Positions 1 to 10,144 of a stretch of 36,078 nucleotides of DNA are shown here, one piece after another. The notes under the pieces were generated by a model. It made no database searches and had not been told where the DNA came from. It saw only the letters and a program-made list of their open reading frames with translations. Source of the DNA: a virus; UHGV virus genome UHGV-2168191. One strand, written 5' to 3'. Position numbers and translations under genes: made by a program. Position 1 is the first letter of the stretch, and each line of letters opens with the position of its first letter.

Positions 1-258
1 ATGCAAACCGTTATTTTTGGTCGTTCGGGTTGCCCTTACTGTGTGCGTGCAAAAGATCTGGCTGAGAAATTGAGCAATGAACGCGATGATTTTCAGTATC
101 AGTATGTAGATATTCGTGCGGAAGGGATCACTAAAGAAGATCTACAACAAAAGGCAGGTAAACCCGTAGAAACCGTGCCGCAGATTTTTGTCGATCAGCA
201 ACATATCGGCGGCTATACCGATTTTGCTGCATGGGTGAAAGAAAATCTGGACGCCTGA
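1..258 (+). CDS. grxA: glutaredoxin 1
   Basis: 85-aa ORF with CPYC redox motif (RSGCPYCVRAK); essentially identical to E. coli GrxA as I remember it; followed by a hairpin terminator. Confidence 0.96.
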   Translation: MQTVIFGRSGCPYCVRAKDLAEKLSNERDDFQYQYVDIRAEGITKEDLQQKAGKPVETVPQIFVDQQHIGGYTDFAAWVKENLDA

Positions 259-265
259 TCGTCTG

Positions 266-300
266 ACAAGCCCTCGCGTTGAGGGCTTTACTGATTTTTT
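266..300. terminator. bidirectional intrinsic terminator between convergent grxA and ybjM
   Basis: Inverted repeat aagccctc-gcgt-gagggctt (268-288) followed by a T-run (295-300) on the plus strand; the ybjM stop codon lies within it. Confidence 0.5.
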
Positions 301-665
301 CTGTGCTGTGGTTTAAACAAACTACTGATAAATAAGAAACACAGTGCCCCCAGCGCACACCAGAACACCGCGCTTAGTAACCATGCCAGCTCTTGCCAGA
401 ATGAGCGCGTCGGTGAAAAAAACAGCCGCATAATGAGCATCGAACAGGGTGCCGCCAGCATTGCGCCAAACAGAGGTTTCAGGACTTCTCTACGCTGTGA
501 AAAGAAGCTGGCGACTGCTCCAGGAAGAATGAAAAATAGCAAGCCGATTTCAGGATGCCCGGCAGCCCGAAAAGCGCCTTTCATGTGCGTCGCCAGAAAA
601 AGGCACACCACAATGAAGAGGACAAAACAGCAGATTGCCCCCGCCCAACGTTGTTTATGTTTCAC
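288..665 (-). CDS. ybjM: inner membrane protein YbjM
   Basis: 125-aa strongly hydrophobic ORF convergent with grxA; size and neighbourhood match the E. coli grxA-ybjM-ybjL locus. Confidence 0.88.
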   Translation of the reverse strand: MKHKQRWAGAICCFVLFIVVCLFLATHMKGAFRAAGHPEIGLLFFILPGAVASFFSQRREVLKPLFGAMLAAPCSMLIMRLFFSPTRSFWQELAWLLSAVFWCALGALCFLFISSLFKPQHRKNQ

Positions 666-934
666 TCGTTCCTCCTGACACTGCGTCTATCGAACACATT
701 TTTCGCCAGTGTGGCGTTCAGTAAGATAAAGCCGCTTCGCATTCCATGCTAATATAGGCCAACGCAATTCATATAGCCGTTGATACCTAATGTGATTACA
801 CTAGTAAAATATATTGTTACTTTACTATCGTTTAGGTGCGCTGAATGAATCTGCGCCCTGAATTCTGGTAAAAAACATTATCGTAAATTACCATTTCTTT
901 CAACAGCTTACTAGTAAACAAGAAGTTAGCCTCC

Positions 935-2620
935 GTGAATATAAACGTCGCCGAATTGTTAAATGGGAATTACATTCTGTTATTATTTGTGGTCCTCGCG
1001 CTTGGGCTATGTCTCGGAAAGTTACGACTTGGTTCGATCCAACTGGGTAATTCCATTGGCGTTTTAGTCGTATCGCTGTTATTAGGCCAACAACATTTCA
1101 GCATTAACACCGATGCGCTTAATCTTGGCTTTATGCTGTTTATTTTCTGCGTCGGGGTCGAAGCCGGACCGAACTTTTTTTCCATTTTTTTTCGCGATGG
1201 GAAAAATTACCTAATGTTAGCACTGGTGATGGTTGGCAGTGCGCTGGTGATCGCCTTAGGGTTAGGTAAGCTGTTTGGCTGGGATATTGGCCTGACGGCC
1301 GGTATGTTAGCAGGCTCTATGACGTCGACACCGGTTCTGGTCGGTGCTGGCGATACACTGCGTCATTCCGGCATGGAAAGCAGGCAGCTCTCACTGGCAC
1401 TGGATAATCTGAGCCTCGGGTATGCCTTAACCTATTTAATCGGTCTGGTGAGTTTGATTGTTGGTGCGCGTTACTTGCCGAAATTGCAGCATCAGGACTT
1501 ACAGACCAGCGCCCAGCAAATCGCCCGCGAACGTGGCCTGGACACTGATGCCAACCGTAAGGTTTATTTACCGGTGATCCGCGCCTATCGCGTCGGCCCG
1601 GAGCTCGTGGCCTGGACCGACGGCAAAAATCTGCGTGAACTGGGTATTTATCGACAAACCGGCTGCTACATTGAACGTATTCGACGTAACGGGATTCTTG
1701 CAAATCCAGACGGTGATGCCGTGCTACAAATGGGCGATGAAATAGCGTTGGTAGGCTATCCCGACGCCCATGCCCGACTCGATCCCAGCTTCCGTAACGG
1801 TAAAGAAGTTTTCGATCGTGACCTTCTCGACATGCGTATCGTCACTGAAGAAGTGGTCGTTAAAAACCATAACGCTGTAGGTAAACGTCTCGCACAACTG
1901 AAGTTGACCGATCACGGTTGCTTCCTTAACCGCGTCATTCGTAGCCAGATTGAGATGCCGATAGATGACAACGTCGTGCTTAACAAAGGTGACGTTTTAC
2001 AAGTCAGCGGTGATGCCCGTCGCGTAAAAACCATCGCCGATCGCATCGGCTTTATCTCGATTCACAGCCAGGTCACTGACCTGCTGGCATTTTGCGCCTT
2101 CTTTGTTATTGGGCTGATGATCGGGATGATCACCTTCCAGTTCAGCACATTCAGTTTCGGCATGGGGAACGCTGCCGGGTTGTTATTCGCCGGAATTATG
2201 CTGGGCTTTATGCGTGCTAACCACCCGACCTTCGGTTACATTCCGCAAGGTGCATTAAGCATGGTGAAAGAGTTCGGCTTGATGGTGTTTATGGCAGGCG
2301 TTGGTCTGAGCGCCGGTAGCGGTATTAATAACGGCCTGGGCGCGATTGGCGGTCAGATGTTGATTGCCGGATTAATTGTCAGTCTTGTGCCCGTGGTTAT
2401 CTGTTTCTTGTTCGGTGCTTATGTATTGCGAATGAACCGCGCACTGTTGTTCGGCGCAATGATGGGCGCACGCACCTGCGCGCCGGCAATGGAGATCATC
2501 AGTGATACAGCTCGCAGTAACATCCCTGCGCTGGGCTATGCGGGCACCTACGCAATCGCCAACGTCCTGCTGACGCTGGCAGGGACAATCATCGTCATGG
2601 TATGGCCAGGATTAGGATAA
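935..2620 (+). CDS. ybjL: putative AAE-family transporter YbjL
   Basis: 561-aa ORF with GTG start at 935; two hydrophobic transporter halves flanking a soluble central region; matches E. coli YbjL in length and N-terminus ([16 protein letters not shown]). Confidence 0.95.
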
Positions 2621-2732
2621 AACTGAAGTTGCCCTGAAAATGAAATTTTTTTGCACAACCGCAGAACTTTTCCGCAGGGCATCAGTCTTAATTAGTGCCA
2701 CTGCTTTTCTTTGATGTCCCCATTTTGTGGAG

Positions 2733-2775
2733 CCCATCAACCCCGCCATTTCGGTTCAAGGTTGATGGGTTTTTT
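2733..2775 (+). terminator. putative intrinsic terminator downstream of ybjL, near the prophage boundary
   Basis: Perfect 10-bp inverted repeat cccatcaacc (2733-2742) / ggttgatggg (2760-2769) followed by TTTTTT (2770-2775); the loop is long (17 nt), so strength is uncertain. Confidence 0.4.
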
Positions 2776-2855
2776 GTTGCCTGAAATTTATGCCTTTTAA
2801 AATCATGATGTTAGAAGCGCTGTTTTTTAACGATGGCGACAAATTGGCGGCAGCG

Positions 2856-3071
2856 TCAAAGAGAGAGCGCCACCTGTCCTGATTTCATTGGATGCGGCTG
2901 AACCGGATTTGACTCTTTTGGCGTTGCAATCGAACGAACAAAAGTTTCATGGGTAACAAAAGTATGGCTGCAGTTAATGTTCTGGCACTGGTTGTAACGC
3001 TCTTTGGTCAATGAAGATACCTGAAAACTGCTGCGAGTATGGGCGGCACTTCCACACAGTGGGCAAATCAT
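2856..3071 (-). CDS. ogr: Ogr/Delta-family zinc-finger late-gene activator
   Basis: About 71 aa from the internal Met (MICPLCGSAAHTR...CQNINCSHTF): four-Cys zinc-finger pattern and length typical of P2 Ogr; the last gene before host DNA, as in a P2 prophage. The ORF track's longer 83-aa start is probably upstream read-through. Confidence 0.85.
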   Translation of the reverse strand: MICPLCGSAAHTRSSFQVSSLTKERYNQCQNINCSHTFVTHETFVRSIATPKESNPVQPHPMKSGQVALSL

Positions 3072-3164
3072 CATTTTTCGAGTTCTCCCCATTTTTGCTA
3101 AATTCACAATAATGATACCGCATTATTCCATTTTGAAAACTTAAAAGTTCTCCATTACGAAGAA

Positions 3165-4265
3165 TCATTCCATTTCGAAATCATCAATCTTCACTTCAAG
3201 CTCCAGACTGGTCGTAAAACCGTTATCCGGGCTGACGGTATGTGTCAGAGTCGTAATGGTCCATTCCGCATCATCTATCGGCTGTTTAAAACCACTGACC
3301 TTCACAGGCATTTCCGTGTAGAGATCTGCCCGCCCTTCCGCCAGTTGTAGCGAGAATGACGCAACGCCGCGTTGCAGGCGTTCCCACTGCATTTTTGCCG
3401 CTCGTTCGGCGTTGCTCCGGTTGGCATAAGTGCGATTAAGTACCAGCACGTTTTCATCCGTCCCCACCAGGTAATCGCCCTGCTTCGCTTCCGGCTCTTT
3501 CTTCCGCTTCTTAGTCCTGCGCTTACGCTTCACCGTAGTGCTTTCTTTCTTCGCGGGTTCGCGGGTATGCAACCAGCTGGCAATTACGCCCGTATAGGCT
3601 CCGCGATCTGCCAGGGTAAAGCGGTGACTGTCGCCGTCCTTGCGTGTGATAGTGATCACCGGCAGAGGTTTACCGCTGGCGCTTTTGCCCTGTCCCTGCC
3701 GGATGAATAACAGATTGCCATTTTTCACCGACGCGATGGCACCGTACTGTCGCGCCAGCCGCATCAGAAAACTGCCGTCACTCTCATTGGTCTGGTCTAT
3801 ATGTTCCACGGGTTTATCTGACAGGTCTTTACCCAGTGCCATCTTCAGTTTGTGCCGCGCAGCTATTTCCTTCACCACTTCCCCAACGGTGGTCTTGTGC
3901 CACGACTTTTCACGACGGGTATTCAGCGTTTCACGAAAATCAGCACTTCGCGCCCGGATAGTCAGGCGGTCCGGTGCGCCAGTGTGTTCAATCTCGTCCA
4001 CCGTGAATGCCCCTTTCGGGAAAAGCGGCTGCCCCTTCCAGCCCAGCGCCAGCGTAATGACCGCACCACGGCGCGGCAGCACGATTTTTCCATCGGCGTC
4101 GTCCAGCTCCAGATCAAGCTGGTCCGCTTCAAAGCCCCGGTTATCCGTCAGCGTCAGCCCCATCAGGCGGTTGTCCAGCACAGTGGTGATATCCCTGCCT
4201 TCAATACTGATGCTGAATGCCGGAGTTTTGTTGCCTTTGTTAAGCAGTTCAGAGCTGAAATTCAC
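3165..4265 (-). CDS. D: P2 gpD-like tail protein (late control gene D)
   Basis: 366-aa ORF immediately upstream of ogr in P2 gene order U-D-ogr; coupled to U by a 4-nt overlap; contains a basic KRKRRTKKRKK stretch. Confidence 0.82.
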   Translation of the reverse strand: MNFSSELLNKGNKTPAFSISIEGRDITTVLDNRLMGLTLTDNRGFEADQLDLELDDADGKIVLPRRGAVITLALGWKGQPLFPKGAFTVDEIEHTGAPDRLTIRARSADFRETLNTRREKSWHKTTVGEVVKEIAARHKLKMALGKDLSDKPVEHIDQTNESDGSFLMRLARQYGAIASVKNGNLLFIRQGQGKSASGKPLPVITITRKDGDSHRFTLADRGAYTGVIASWLHTREPAKKESTTVKRKRRTKKRKKEPEAKQGDYLVGTDENVLVLNRTYANRSNAERAAKMQWERLQRGVASFSLQLAEGRADLYTEMPVKVSGFKQPIDDAEWTITTLTHTVSPDNGFTTSLELEVKIDDFEME

Positions 4266-4747
4266 GACAGCAGCCCTCCCACCGTTTTACTGATATCGCT
4301 TAAGGCAGATGTTGCCGTTCCCTGCAGATTATTCAGTTGCGCACTGAGATCACCGAACATATCGGGCAGGGATTCATCCACGCGTTTTAGCGACAGGGTG
4401 AACTCAATCCGGCGCGGCATACCGTCGCGGAAAAACTCCGTTTTAGTCTGATTCAGTCCCTCAATCACATACATGCCGTAAATCGTGCCGCTGCCTTCAA
4501 TCAGGGGCCATGCTTTCCCCTGTTCTGCCATCTGCTCCAGTGCCAGCAACGACAGCCTGCCGCCTGTTATTTCCGGCATAAGAACACCGGAAAGCGTCAG
4601 CATGTCGTTTTCCGGTCCCAGAAACTGCGTGGACGGACGTCGGTTTACCCGACTGTTTGCCGCATGTCGCCAGCTGCGTTGATACTGCAGTTCCTGATAC
4701 GGAACGGTGCGCAGCATAAACACGTACAATCCCAGCACCATCATCAT
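4262..4747 (-). CDS. U: P2 gpU-like tail protein
   Basis: 161 aa (P2 gpU is about 159 aa); sits between T and D; start overlaps the T stop. Confidence 0.82.
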   Translation of the reverse strand: MMMVLGLYVFMLRTVPYQELQYQRSWRHAANSRVNRRPSTQFLGPENDMLTLSGVLMPEITGGRLSLLALEQMAEQGKAWPLIEGSGTIYGMYVIEGLNQTKTEFFRDGMPRRIEFTLSLKRVDESLPDMFGDLSAQLNNLQGTATSALSDISKTVGGLLS

Positions 4748-7700
4748 GCGTCGTATCCCCCCTGATCGCTGTAGTTACTCCTGGCTTTTGCCTTCAGCCT
4801 GCGTTCACGTTCATCAAGCTGGCGTGCCACCTCCCGCGCAATATCCTGCGCACTTTGTCCTGGCTGCGTCTGGATGATGATCTGCGTCGGTGCCTCAATC
4901 CGGTGAACGGGCGGCACAGCAGCTACGCGACTCACCATCGCTTCACCGCCTTTCGCGGGAAGCGCCAAAGGATGCAACGGTGGAAGCTCTGCTGGCGCGG
5001 CAGCAACTCCCATCATTCCGGCGACAACCGCAGCCAGTGCAGCGGTATTTCTCCGGCTGGTCACGTTTGCCGGACCGTTGACAATTTCCGGCCCGTTTTC
5101 ACCGACAATGCCGAACTGCCCGCGCGGGATATAGCCGCCGCTGTCATACATCCCCGCAAAGCCATATCCCCATGACGGAAAACCACCCGATGGCATCATC
5201 ACTTTACCGTCTGCATTCACCGTCGCAGGTTGCTGACGCGTCACGCTTTCCGGCAGTTTCGCCTTTGCAGCCTCTTTACTGACAATGCCGAGTTTCTCCA
5301 GCAACCAGGAAACGCCGGATTTCAGGGAGTCCAGCGGATGCATGACCATATTCAGCCCTTCTGCCAGTGCCTCCCCGAATCGTCGCCCCATTGCCGCTGC
5401 GCTCTGCAGTTCGGCAGAGGTCGACTTAACGGGCGTCAGCAGATCAGTAAACCAGCCCCACAGCGCCTGCACTTTGTCGCCAATCCACTGGAACACGGGC
5501 TTAAGCGGTTCGAACGCTGCACTGATGGGACCTGCCGCCGCTTTGAATCCTTCCACCACGCCACCGAGAAATGCGGTGATGGGTTGCCAGTATTTCCAGA
5601 CAACCAGCGCCACGCCCGCCAGTGCAGTAACCACAAGACCTATCGGACTGAGCAGAGCACCTAACAGACCAGATATGGCATACAGGGTAACGCGCAGCAT
5701 CGCCAGTGGACCAGATGCCAGTACTCGCAGCACCGTGCCTGCGGCGGCCAGTCCACCGCGCAGTACCGCCAGAGGATTCATAAACATCACAGCAACAGCA
5801 CGTAAACCGGATAATCCAGACCGCAAAAGTGCAACCGGCGCACCTGCTACAGTTTTCAGGACATTTCCCGTCAGTGATGCCGTGCGGCGCAAAGACGACA
5901 ACGGCGCAGTAAGTAAACCTGCGGCGTTGCCCGATGAAGCAAGCCCGCGTCGCAGCAGTGCCAGTGGTGCGCCAGCCAGCCAGGACAACGCGCTGCTTGT
6001 TCGAGTTACTGCTGCCGTAACGGAAGGTAACGTTTTGATACCCAGCACAGAGAATCCCAGACGGATCACTGCCAGCGGCCCCAGCACTGCAGCCAGCGCC
6101 ACCGCTAAGGTGCCGAGGCCGACGGTAACCGCAGCCACAACAGCCGATGCTTTCATCAGTGTGCCTGTCAGTTCCGGGTTAGCTTCCACCCAGCGACGCA
6201 ACGCCCCCGTGACGCTTTTCACCGTGTACAGAATATCCATCAGCGGCTGGCGCAGCGTTTCGCCCAGGCTGCTGAAGGTGTTCTGCGCTCCGGTTTTGAC
6301 CAGCAACCACTGCGCAGAAAGTGAATCCTTGTTAATGTCGGATTCTTTCTGCATGGAGCCGAGCGCATCATTGCCCGCTGTCAGTTTTAACTGACGCTGC
6401 AGTTCCGGCAGGTTGTTTGCCAGTTTCGCCGCGTCATCGCCAAACTCTTTACCAAACAACATAGTCATGGCAGACAGACGCTTGTCCTGCGGCAGCGCGT
6501 TTACCTTCTCCAGCACGCGCTGGATGGTTCCCATCGCATCCTTCGTCATCTGCTTTTCAATCACTTCAGGATTGAGTTTCAGCAGATTCATCCCTTCAAA
6601 GAAACTCTTGCTTTGCATGGTGGCAATGGACAATTCACGCACCATCGCGTTTGCTGCACTGGCTGCAACCTCTGGCGCAGCGCCCAGTGTCAGGAAGGTG
6701 GAACCCAGCGCCGCCGCTTTACGATAATCCAGACGGTCAGCCACACCGCCCAGACGTTGCATCACATCAATGATGTCTGCCCCTTTCGACATGGCGTTAT
6801 CATCCAGATAGTTCAGCGCATCACCGAGCTGTTCAATATTGCGGGTGGGGATTTTGTAGAGCTGGGCGATTTTCCCCAGACTTTCTGACAGTTCATCCGC
6901 TGGCAGCTCAAAGGCTGTTGCCGCCTTTGCTGCCGTACTGGCGAAGGCCAGCAGGTCACGTTTCTGATCTTCCCAACTGTCGTCAGGGTTTGCGACGTTC
7001 ATGCGCGCACCACCTTCAACCAGTGCAGCGAAATCCACCGCACCGTTTTCCATCGGCAACTGTTCGCTGGCAGCCTTGATGGCATCCTGCATTTCATAAA
7101 AACGTGCAGTGCGGTTGCCATTATCGTCACGCAGACCATTGACCTGCTTTGCCACACCTTTCATGGCATCTTCCATGCTGGTATAGCTTTTTACTGCCGC
7201 CATCACTGGTGCGCCCATTGCCAGCCCTGCAGCCGTGGTGGTGGCTCCGGCACCTGCAATACGATCACGCACCTCCAGCGAACGGGCATAACTGGCACGC
7301 GCTGCATTCATCCTGCGCTGAGCTTCCCCCAGTCGCTTCAGCCGCGCCTCCTGTTTCGAAAGTTCCTGGTTATAACGTGATGTTTCACGGGCTAAACGGG
7401 CAGTTGCTCCCGCATCGTCTTTCGCAGAAATTCCCGCCCGGTACAGTTCAGCACGCACAAGCGCCGTCTGCTGCTGCAGCTTTTTCTGGCGTTCTTCCAG
7501 GCGCTGAACAGCCAGCCGTTGACGGCCCAGAGCAACAACCTGACGTTGCGAAGGCGGCCCCATCGCTCCCAGTTCCTGACTGAGCAAATTTGCACGCTGG
7601 CGGGCATAGTTCAGCCTGTCGCCTAATTTCTGATTTTCTGCCTGCAGCTTTCGGAAGCTGTCCAGACTGCTCCCGGCCTGATCAAGCTGCTTTATTGCAT

Positions 7701-7821
7701 CGCGGGATTTTTTGACAGCAGCAGCCAGTTCTCTTGAACTGGCCTGCGCAGATCGAAATGGGCGGGTGAGCTTGTCAACCGCATTAAGAATGACCTGCAG
7801 ACGCAGGTTGTTATCACTCAT
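4744..7821 (-). CDS. T: P2 gpT-like tail tape measure protein
   Basis: 1025-aa Ala/Leu-rich protein with N-terminal coiled-coil and central hydrophobic glycine-zipper-like repeats, downstream of E/E'; the start ATG (7821-7819) overlaps the end of the E' frame. Confidence 0.85.
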   Translation of the reverse strand: MSDNNLRLQVILNAVDKLTRPFRSAQASSRELAAAVKKSRDAIKQLDQAGSSLDSFRKLQAENQKLGDRLNYARQRANLLSQELGAMGPPSQRQVVALGRQRLAVQRLEERQKKLQQQTALVRAELYRAGISAKDDAGATARLARETSRYNQELSKQEARLKRLGEAQRRMNAARASYARSLEVRDRIAGAGATTTAAGLAMGAPVMAAVKSYTSMEDAMKGVAKQVNGLRDDNGNRTARFYEMQDAIKAASEQLPMENGAVDFAALVEGGARMNVANPDDSWEDQKRDLLAFASTAAKAATAFELPADELSESLGKIAQLYKIPTRNIEQLGDALNYLDDNAMSKGADIIDVMQRLGGVADRLDYRKAAALGSTFLTLGAAPEVAASAANAMVRELSIATMQSKSFFEGMNLLKLNPEVIEKQMTKDAMGTIQRVLEKVNALPQDKRLSAMTMLFGKEFGDDAAKLANNLPELQRQLKLTAGNDALGSMQKESDINKDSLSAQWLLVKTGAQNTFSSLGETLRQPLMDILYTVKSVTGALRRWVEANPELTGTLMKASAVVAAVTVGLGTLAVALAAVLGPLAVIRLGFSVLGIKTLPSVTAAVTRTSSALSWLAGAPLALLRRGLASSGNAAGLLTAPLSSLRRTASLTGNVLKTVAGAPVALLRSGLSGLRAVAVMFMNPLAVLRGGLAAAGTVLRVLASGPLAMLRVTLYAISGLLGALLSPIGLVVTALAGVALVVWKYWQPITAFLGGVVEGFKAAAGPISAAFEPLKPVFQWIGDKVQALWGWFTDLLTPVKSTSAELQSAAAMGRRFGEALAEGLNMVMHPLDSLKSGVSWLLEKLGIVSKEAAKAKLPESVTRQQPATVNADGKVMMPSGGFPSWGYGFAGMYDSGGYIPRGQFGIVGENGPEIVNGPANVTSRRNTAALAAVVAGMMGVAAAPAELPPLHPLALPAKGGEAMVSRVAAVPPVHRIEAPTQIIIQTQPGQSAQDIAREVARQLDERERRLKAKARSNYSDQGGYDA

Positions 7822-8250
7822 CGTTGGCCCCGCTTCTCTGAATCGCTTTATACCGCCATTCCAGCACTTCGGTCAGCGGCATAACGTCAGTAACGGATGG
7901 CGGCCAGTGAAAGATGGTGGCGATATCAGCCACCAGATCGTCAACCGTCAGGCTGTCGGTAAACCGGCAAGCACCGACTTCTTCAACAAAAAAGTGACAA
8001 CCTCAACCGACATGGCAGTGAGATCTGCCGGGTCCATCTCTGCAATTTCCTGTGCAGTCAGTGCCGGACTGGAGATGCGGGGGATCACGGTCATCATCGC
8101 GTTCACATCCATATCCATAATGGCCTGCAGGCGTGTACCGCGCAGCGCACCGGACTGCGGTTTACGCAGCACAATTTCGGTAATTTCTGTTTTACCGCGC
8201 TTGATAGGGGTATCCAGTTGAATGGTCTTTTCAGTCTGCTTATCGCTCAT
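7814..8250 (-). CDS. E': E+E' frameshift-extended tail chaperone (programmed -1 frameshift product)
   Basis: After a -1 shift on TTTTTTG (minus strand of 7987-7993) the frame stays open for 56 codons (VEEVGACRFTDSL...LEWRYKAIQRSGANDE) and ends at TGA 7816-7814, overlapping the T start exactly as in P2 E/E'. Confidence 0.6.
7948..8250 (-). CDS. E: P2 gpE-like tail assembly chaperone
   Basis: 100-aa ORF between FII and T; contains slippery heptamer TTTTTTG 11 codons before its stop. Confidence 0.85.
   Translation of the reverse strand: MSDKQTEKTIQLDTPIKRGKTEITEIVLRKPQSGALRGTRLQAIMDMDVNAMMTVIPRISSPALTAQEIAEMDPADLTAMSVEVVTFLLKKSVLAGLPTA
7987..7993 (-). promoter_or_regulatory. -1 programmed ribosomal frameshift slippery site (T TTT TTG)
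   Basis: Plus strand caaaaaa = minus TTTTTTG in the E frame as ACT TTT TTG; position and downstream open -1 frame match the conserved tail-chaperone frameshift. Confidence 0.6.
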
Positions 8251-8304
8251 TTTGTTGTCCTGTAAATTAGGTTCTGGCGCGGAATCCCGCGCCGTTCAGA
8301 TACA

Positions 8305-8820
8305 TCAGAGGCCGAGGGCGTTGCGGTGCGCTTCCATCAGGTCCACACCGTCCACAATTTCCACCATGTTGATAAGGTCCACTTCATAGAGCACCTCACC
8401 ATTGATGGTCAGCTTCGCGTAGCTGTTGGTACTGGTCACTTTGGTGGTGTTGCTTTCGCCCGTCTTCCACTCACCGGAATCCACTTCTTTGTGACGTCCA
8501 CGCACCACAAGCTCCACGGCCTGCACTTCCCCGGTATCGTCACGCTGGATAGAGCCGGTAAAGCGCAACTGGATGCCATCCACCGTGGCTTTGCCCATCT
8601 GCTTAAACAGCAGCAGTTCAGTACCACCAATGGTAAATTCTGTGTCCAGCGCACTGTCATCAAGCCCCAGATCCACATCCACTGCCCCCGGCATTCCGCC
8701 ACCGCGATACTTCTCATATTTGCGGGTGAATTTCGGCAGCGTCAGCGACTCAACGATCCCCTGCCAGTTGTTCCCGTCGTTAAACAGGTTCAGGTGTTTT
8801 AATTTGCGTGGTAAAGCCAT
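8305..8820 (-). CDS. FII: P2 gpFII-like tail tube protein
   Basis: 171 aa (P2 FII is about 172 aa), directly downstream of the sheath gene. Confidence 0.88.
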   Translation of the reverse strand: MALPRKLKHLNLFNDGNNWQGIVESLTLPKFTRKYEKYRGGGMPGAVDVDLGLDDSALDTEFTIGGTELLLFKQMGKATVDGIQLRFTGSIQRDDTGEVQAVELVVRGRHKEVDSGEWKTGESNTTKVTSTNSYAKLTINGEVLYEVDLINMVEIVDGVDLMEAHRNALGL

Positions 8821-8829
8821 GTTGTCCCC

Positions 8830-10002
8830 TTACGCGCTGACCTGGCTGGCGAAATTCACCAGGTACTGATCGGTGATGCGCTGACGCAACATCAGGTTTT
8901 CAAGTGGCGGCACTGGCGTGTAGTCGTAGTCGATGGTGAGTTTTCCGGCTTTCAGAGTGTCTTTGTCGTTCACCGACTCGTCCAGCCAGCAATCACCACC
9001 AATGAGATACCCCTGACTGACCAGGCTGCGCATTTTGGCGCGGATGCCCTCGATAATGTCGCGCGCCAGCGACGGGTTCAGCGGTTTGTCCACTGCCCAC
9101 ATGTGCGCTTCTGCCATTGTGTCCGTCAGCACCTGCGCCGTGCGGGTGTAGTTTTCGAAGGCAAAGAGCGGGTCATCACTCAGGCAGCGGGAACCCCAGA
9201 AGCGGAAACCGTCTTTACGCACAAGCGTGGTGACGTCGTTCTGGTTCAGCAGACCTGCATCGGTTGCCGGGTCCTGCAGATCCCAGAACACATCTGCAGA
9301 AATTCCGGTGACACCGTTCACGCCCACGTTGGACAGGCTTTTGTGCCACCCAGTCTGCTCATCAATTTTGGCACGCAGACCAAGCGCACGGGCGGTGGCA
9401 TATGCCGTTGCTTCGGCATTCAGCACCGTGTCCCAGCCAGTAAAGTCGGGCCAGATCAGCATTCCTTCGCGCTGGCTGAAGTTTTCACGGTAAGTGATCG
9501 CCTCCTGTACCGTCTTGCAGCCATACGCTGACAGGTAGGCAAACCCACGCAGGCTTTGCGCCACACTCAGCAACTCAGTCGCAACGGCTTTGTTATCGTG
9601 ACCTGGCACGCCGAGAATGCGCGGTTTAACGCCGAGCTGTGTCTGGGCAGATAACAGGGCTTTCATACCTGTTTTTTTACCTTCAGCAGTCACTGCGCCG
9701 ATGATATTGGTCGTGGTTTCGTCTTCCGTTTCACCCTGCGGCACACGCACAACAATGGTCACGGGTTTTGCCTGGTCAGCGATGGCATCCAGCGAACGGG
9801 CCAGAGTACCTGACTCACCCGCTTTACCGCTGGCAGTCAGCACATCAGTGATCAGCACGGGTTTATTAAGAGGAAACATTTTTGCATCGGCATCATCGCC
9901 CGTGCAGACCATACCCACGATGGCGGTGCTCACCGTGGTAATGGATCGGGTGCCTTCGTTGACTTCAACAACGCGCACCCCGTGGTGGTAATCCTGAGCC
10001 AT
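8830..10002 (-). CDS. FI: P2 gpFI-like contractile tail sheath protein
   Basis: 390 aa (P2 FI is about 396 aa); strong AGGAGG ribosome-binding site before the ATG; first gene of the FI-FII-E-T-U-D operon. Confidence 0.88.
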   Translation of the reverse strand: MAQDYHHGVRVVEVNEGTRSITTVSTAIVGMVCTGDDADAKMFPLNKPVLITDVLTASGKAGESGTLARSLDAIADQAKPVTIVVRVPQGETEDETTTNIIGAVTAEGKKTGMKALLSAQTQLGVKPRILGVPGHDNKAVATELLSVAQSLRGFAYLSAYGCKTVQEAITYRENFSQREGMLIWPDFTGWDTVLNAEATAYATARALGLRAKIDEQTGWHKSLSNVGVNGVTGISADVFWDLQDPATDAGLLNQNDVTTLVRKDGFRFWGSRCLSDDPLFAFENYTRTAQVLTDTMAEAHMWAVDKPLNPSLARDIIEGIRAKMRSLVSQGYLIGGDCWLDESVNDKDTLKAGKLTIDYDYTPVPPLENLMLRQRITDQYLVNFASQVSA

Positions 10003-10039
10003 AGTGGCGAACCTCCTGATTGGATTAGGCTTCGCCCTA

Positions 10040-10100
10040 TGTTGAAGTGATTGTGCCTGACAAACAGCTAAGCGCAGTTGTATCGTTATTCACACAAAAT
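10040..10100 (-). promoter_or_regulatory. putative Ogr-dependent late promoter for FI (P2 PF-like)
   Basis: TGT-N12-ACA dyad (10079-10096) centred about 85 nt upstream of the FI ATG, i.e. near -55 if transcription starts about 30 nt upstream; this matches the P2 late-promoter activator-site pattern. Confidence 0.4.
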
Positions 10101-10144
10101 GACGGTATTTGTCTGCTTGCAGGGATAATCAAAATAATGCTGAT

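Noticed and set aside
433..752. Plus-strand ORFs of 81 and 65 aa overlapping ybjM
   Set aside because: Antisense to a conserved host membrane-protein gene; basic low-complexity translations.
2621..2860. tRNA or tmRNA gene as integration target at the prophage boundary
   Set aside because: No cloverleaf-compatible sequence or conserved GTTC-type T-loop and acceptor stem found by eye; the att site here is probably not tRNA-associated.
3372..4451. Plus-strand ORFs of 112, 217 and 199 aa antisense to gene D
   Set aside because: Mutually overlapping, Arg/Ser/Pro-rich, inside a well-supported minus-strand gene; shadow ORFs.
5285..6394. 369-aa plus-strand ORF, with several others between 4855 and 7583, antisense to the tape measure gene T
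   Set aside because: Lies wholly inside the 1025-aa T gene on the opposite strand in GC-rich DNA; Ala/Ser/Pro/Arg-rich low-complexity translation, no ribosome-binding site; typical shadow ORF.
8251..8304. GC-rich stem-loop ggcgcgg-aatc-ccgcgcc between FII and E
   Set aside because: No U-tract on either strand, so not called an intrinsic terminator; possibly an RNA processing or stability element, but no evidence beyond the hairpin.
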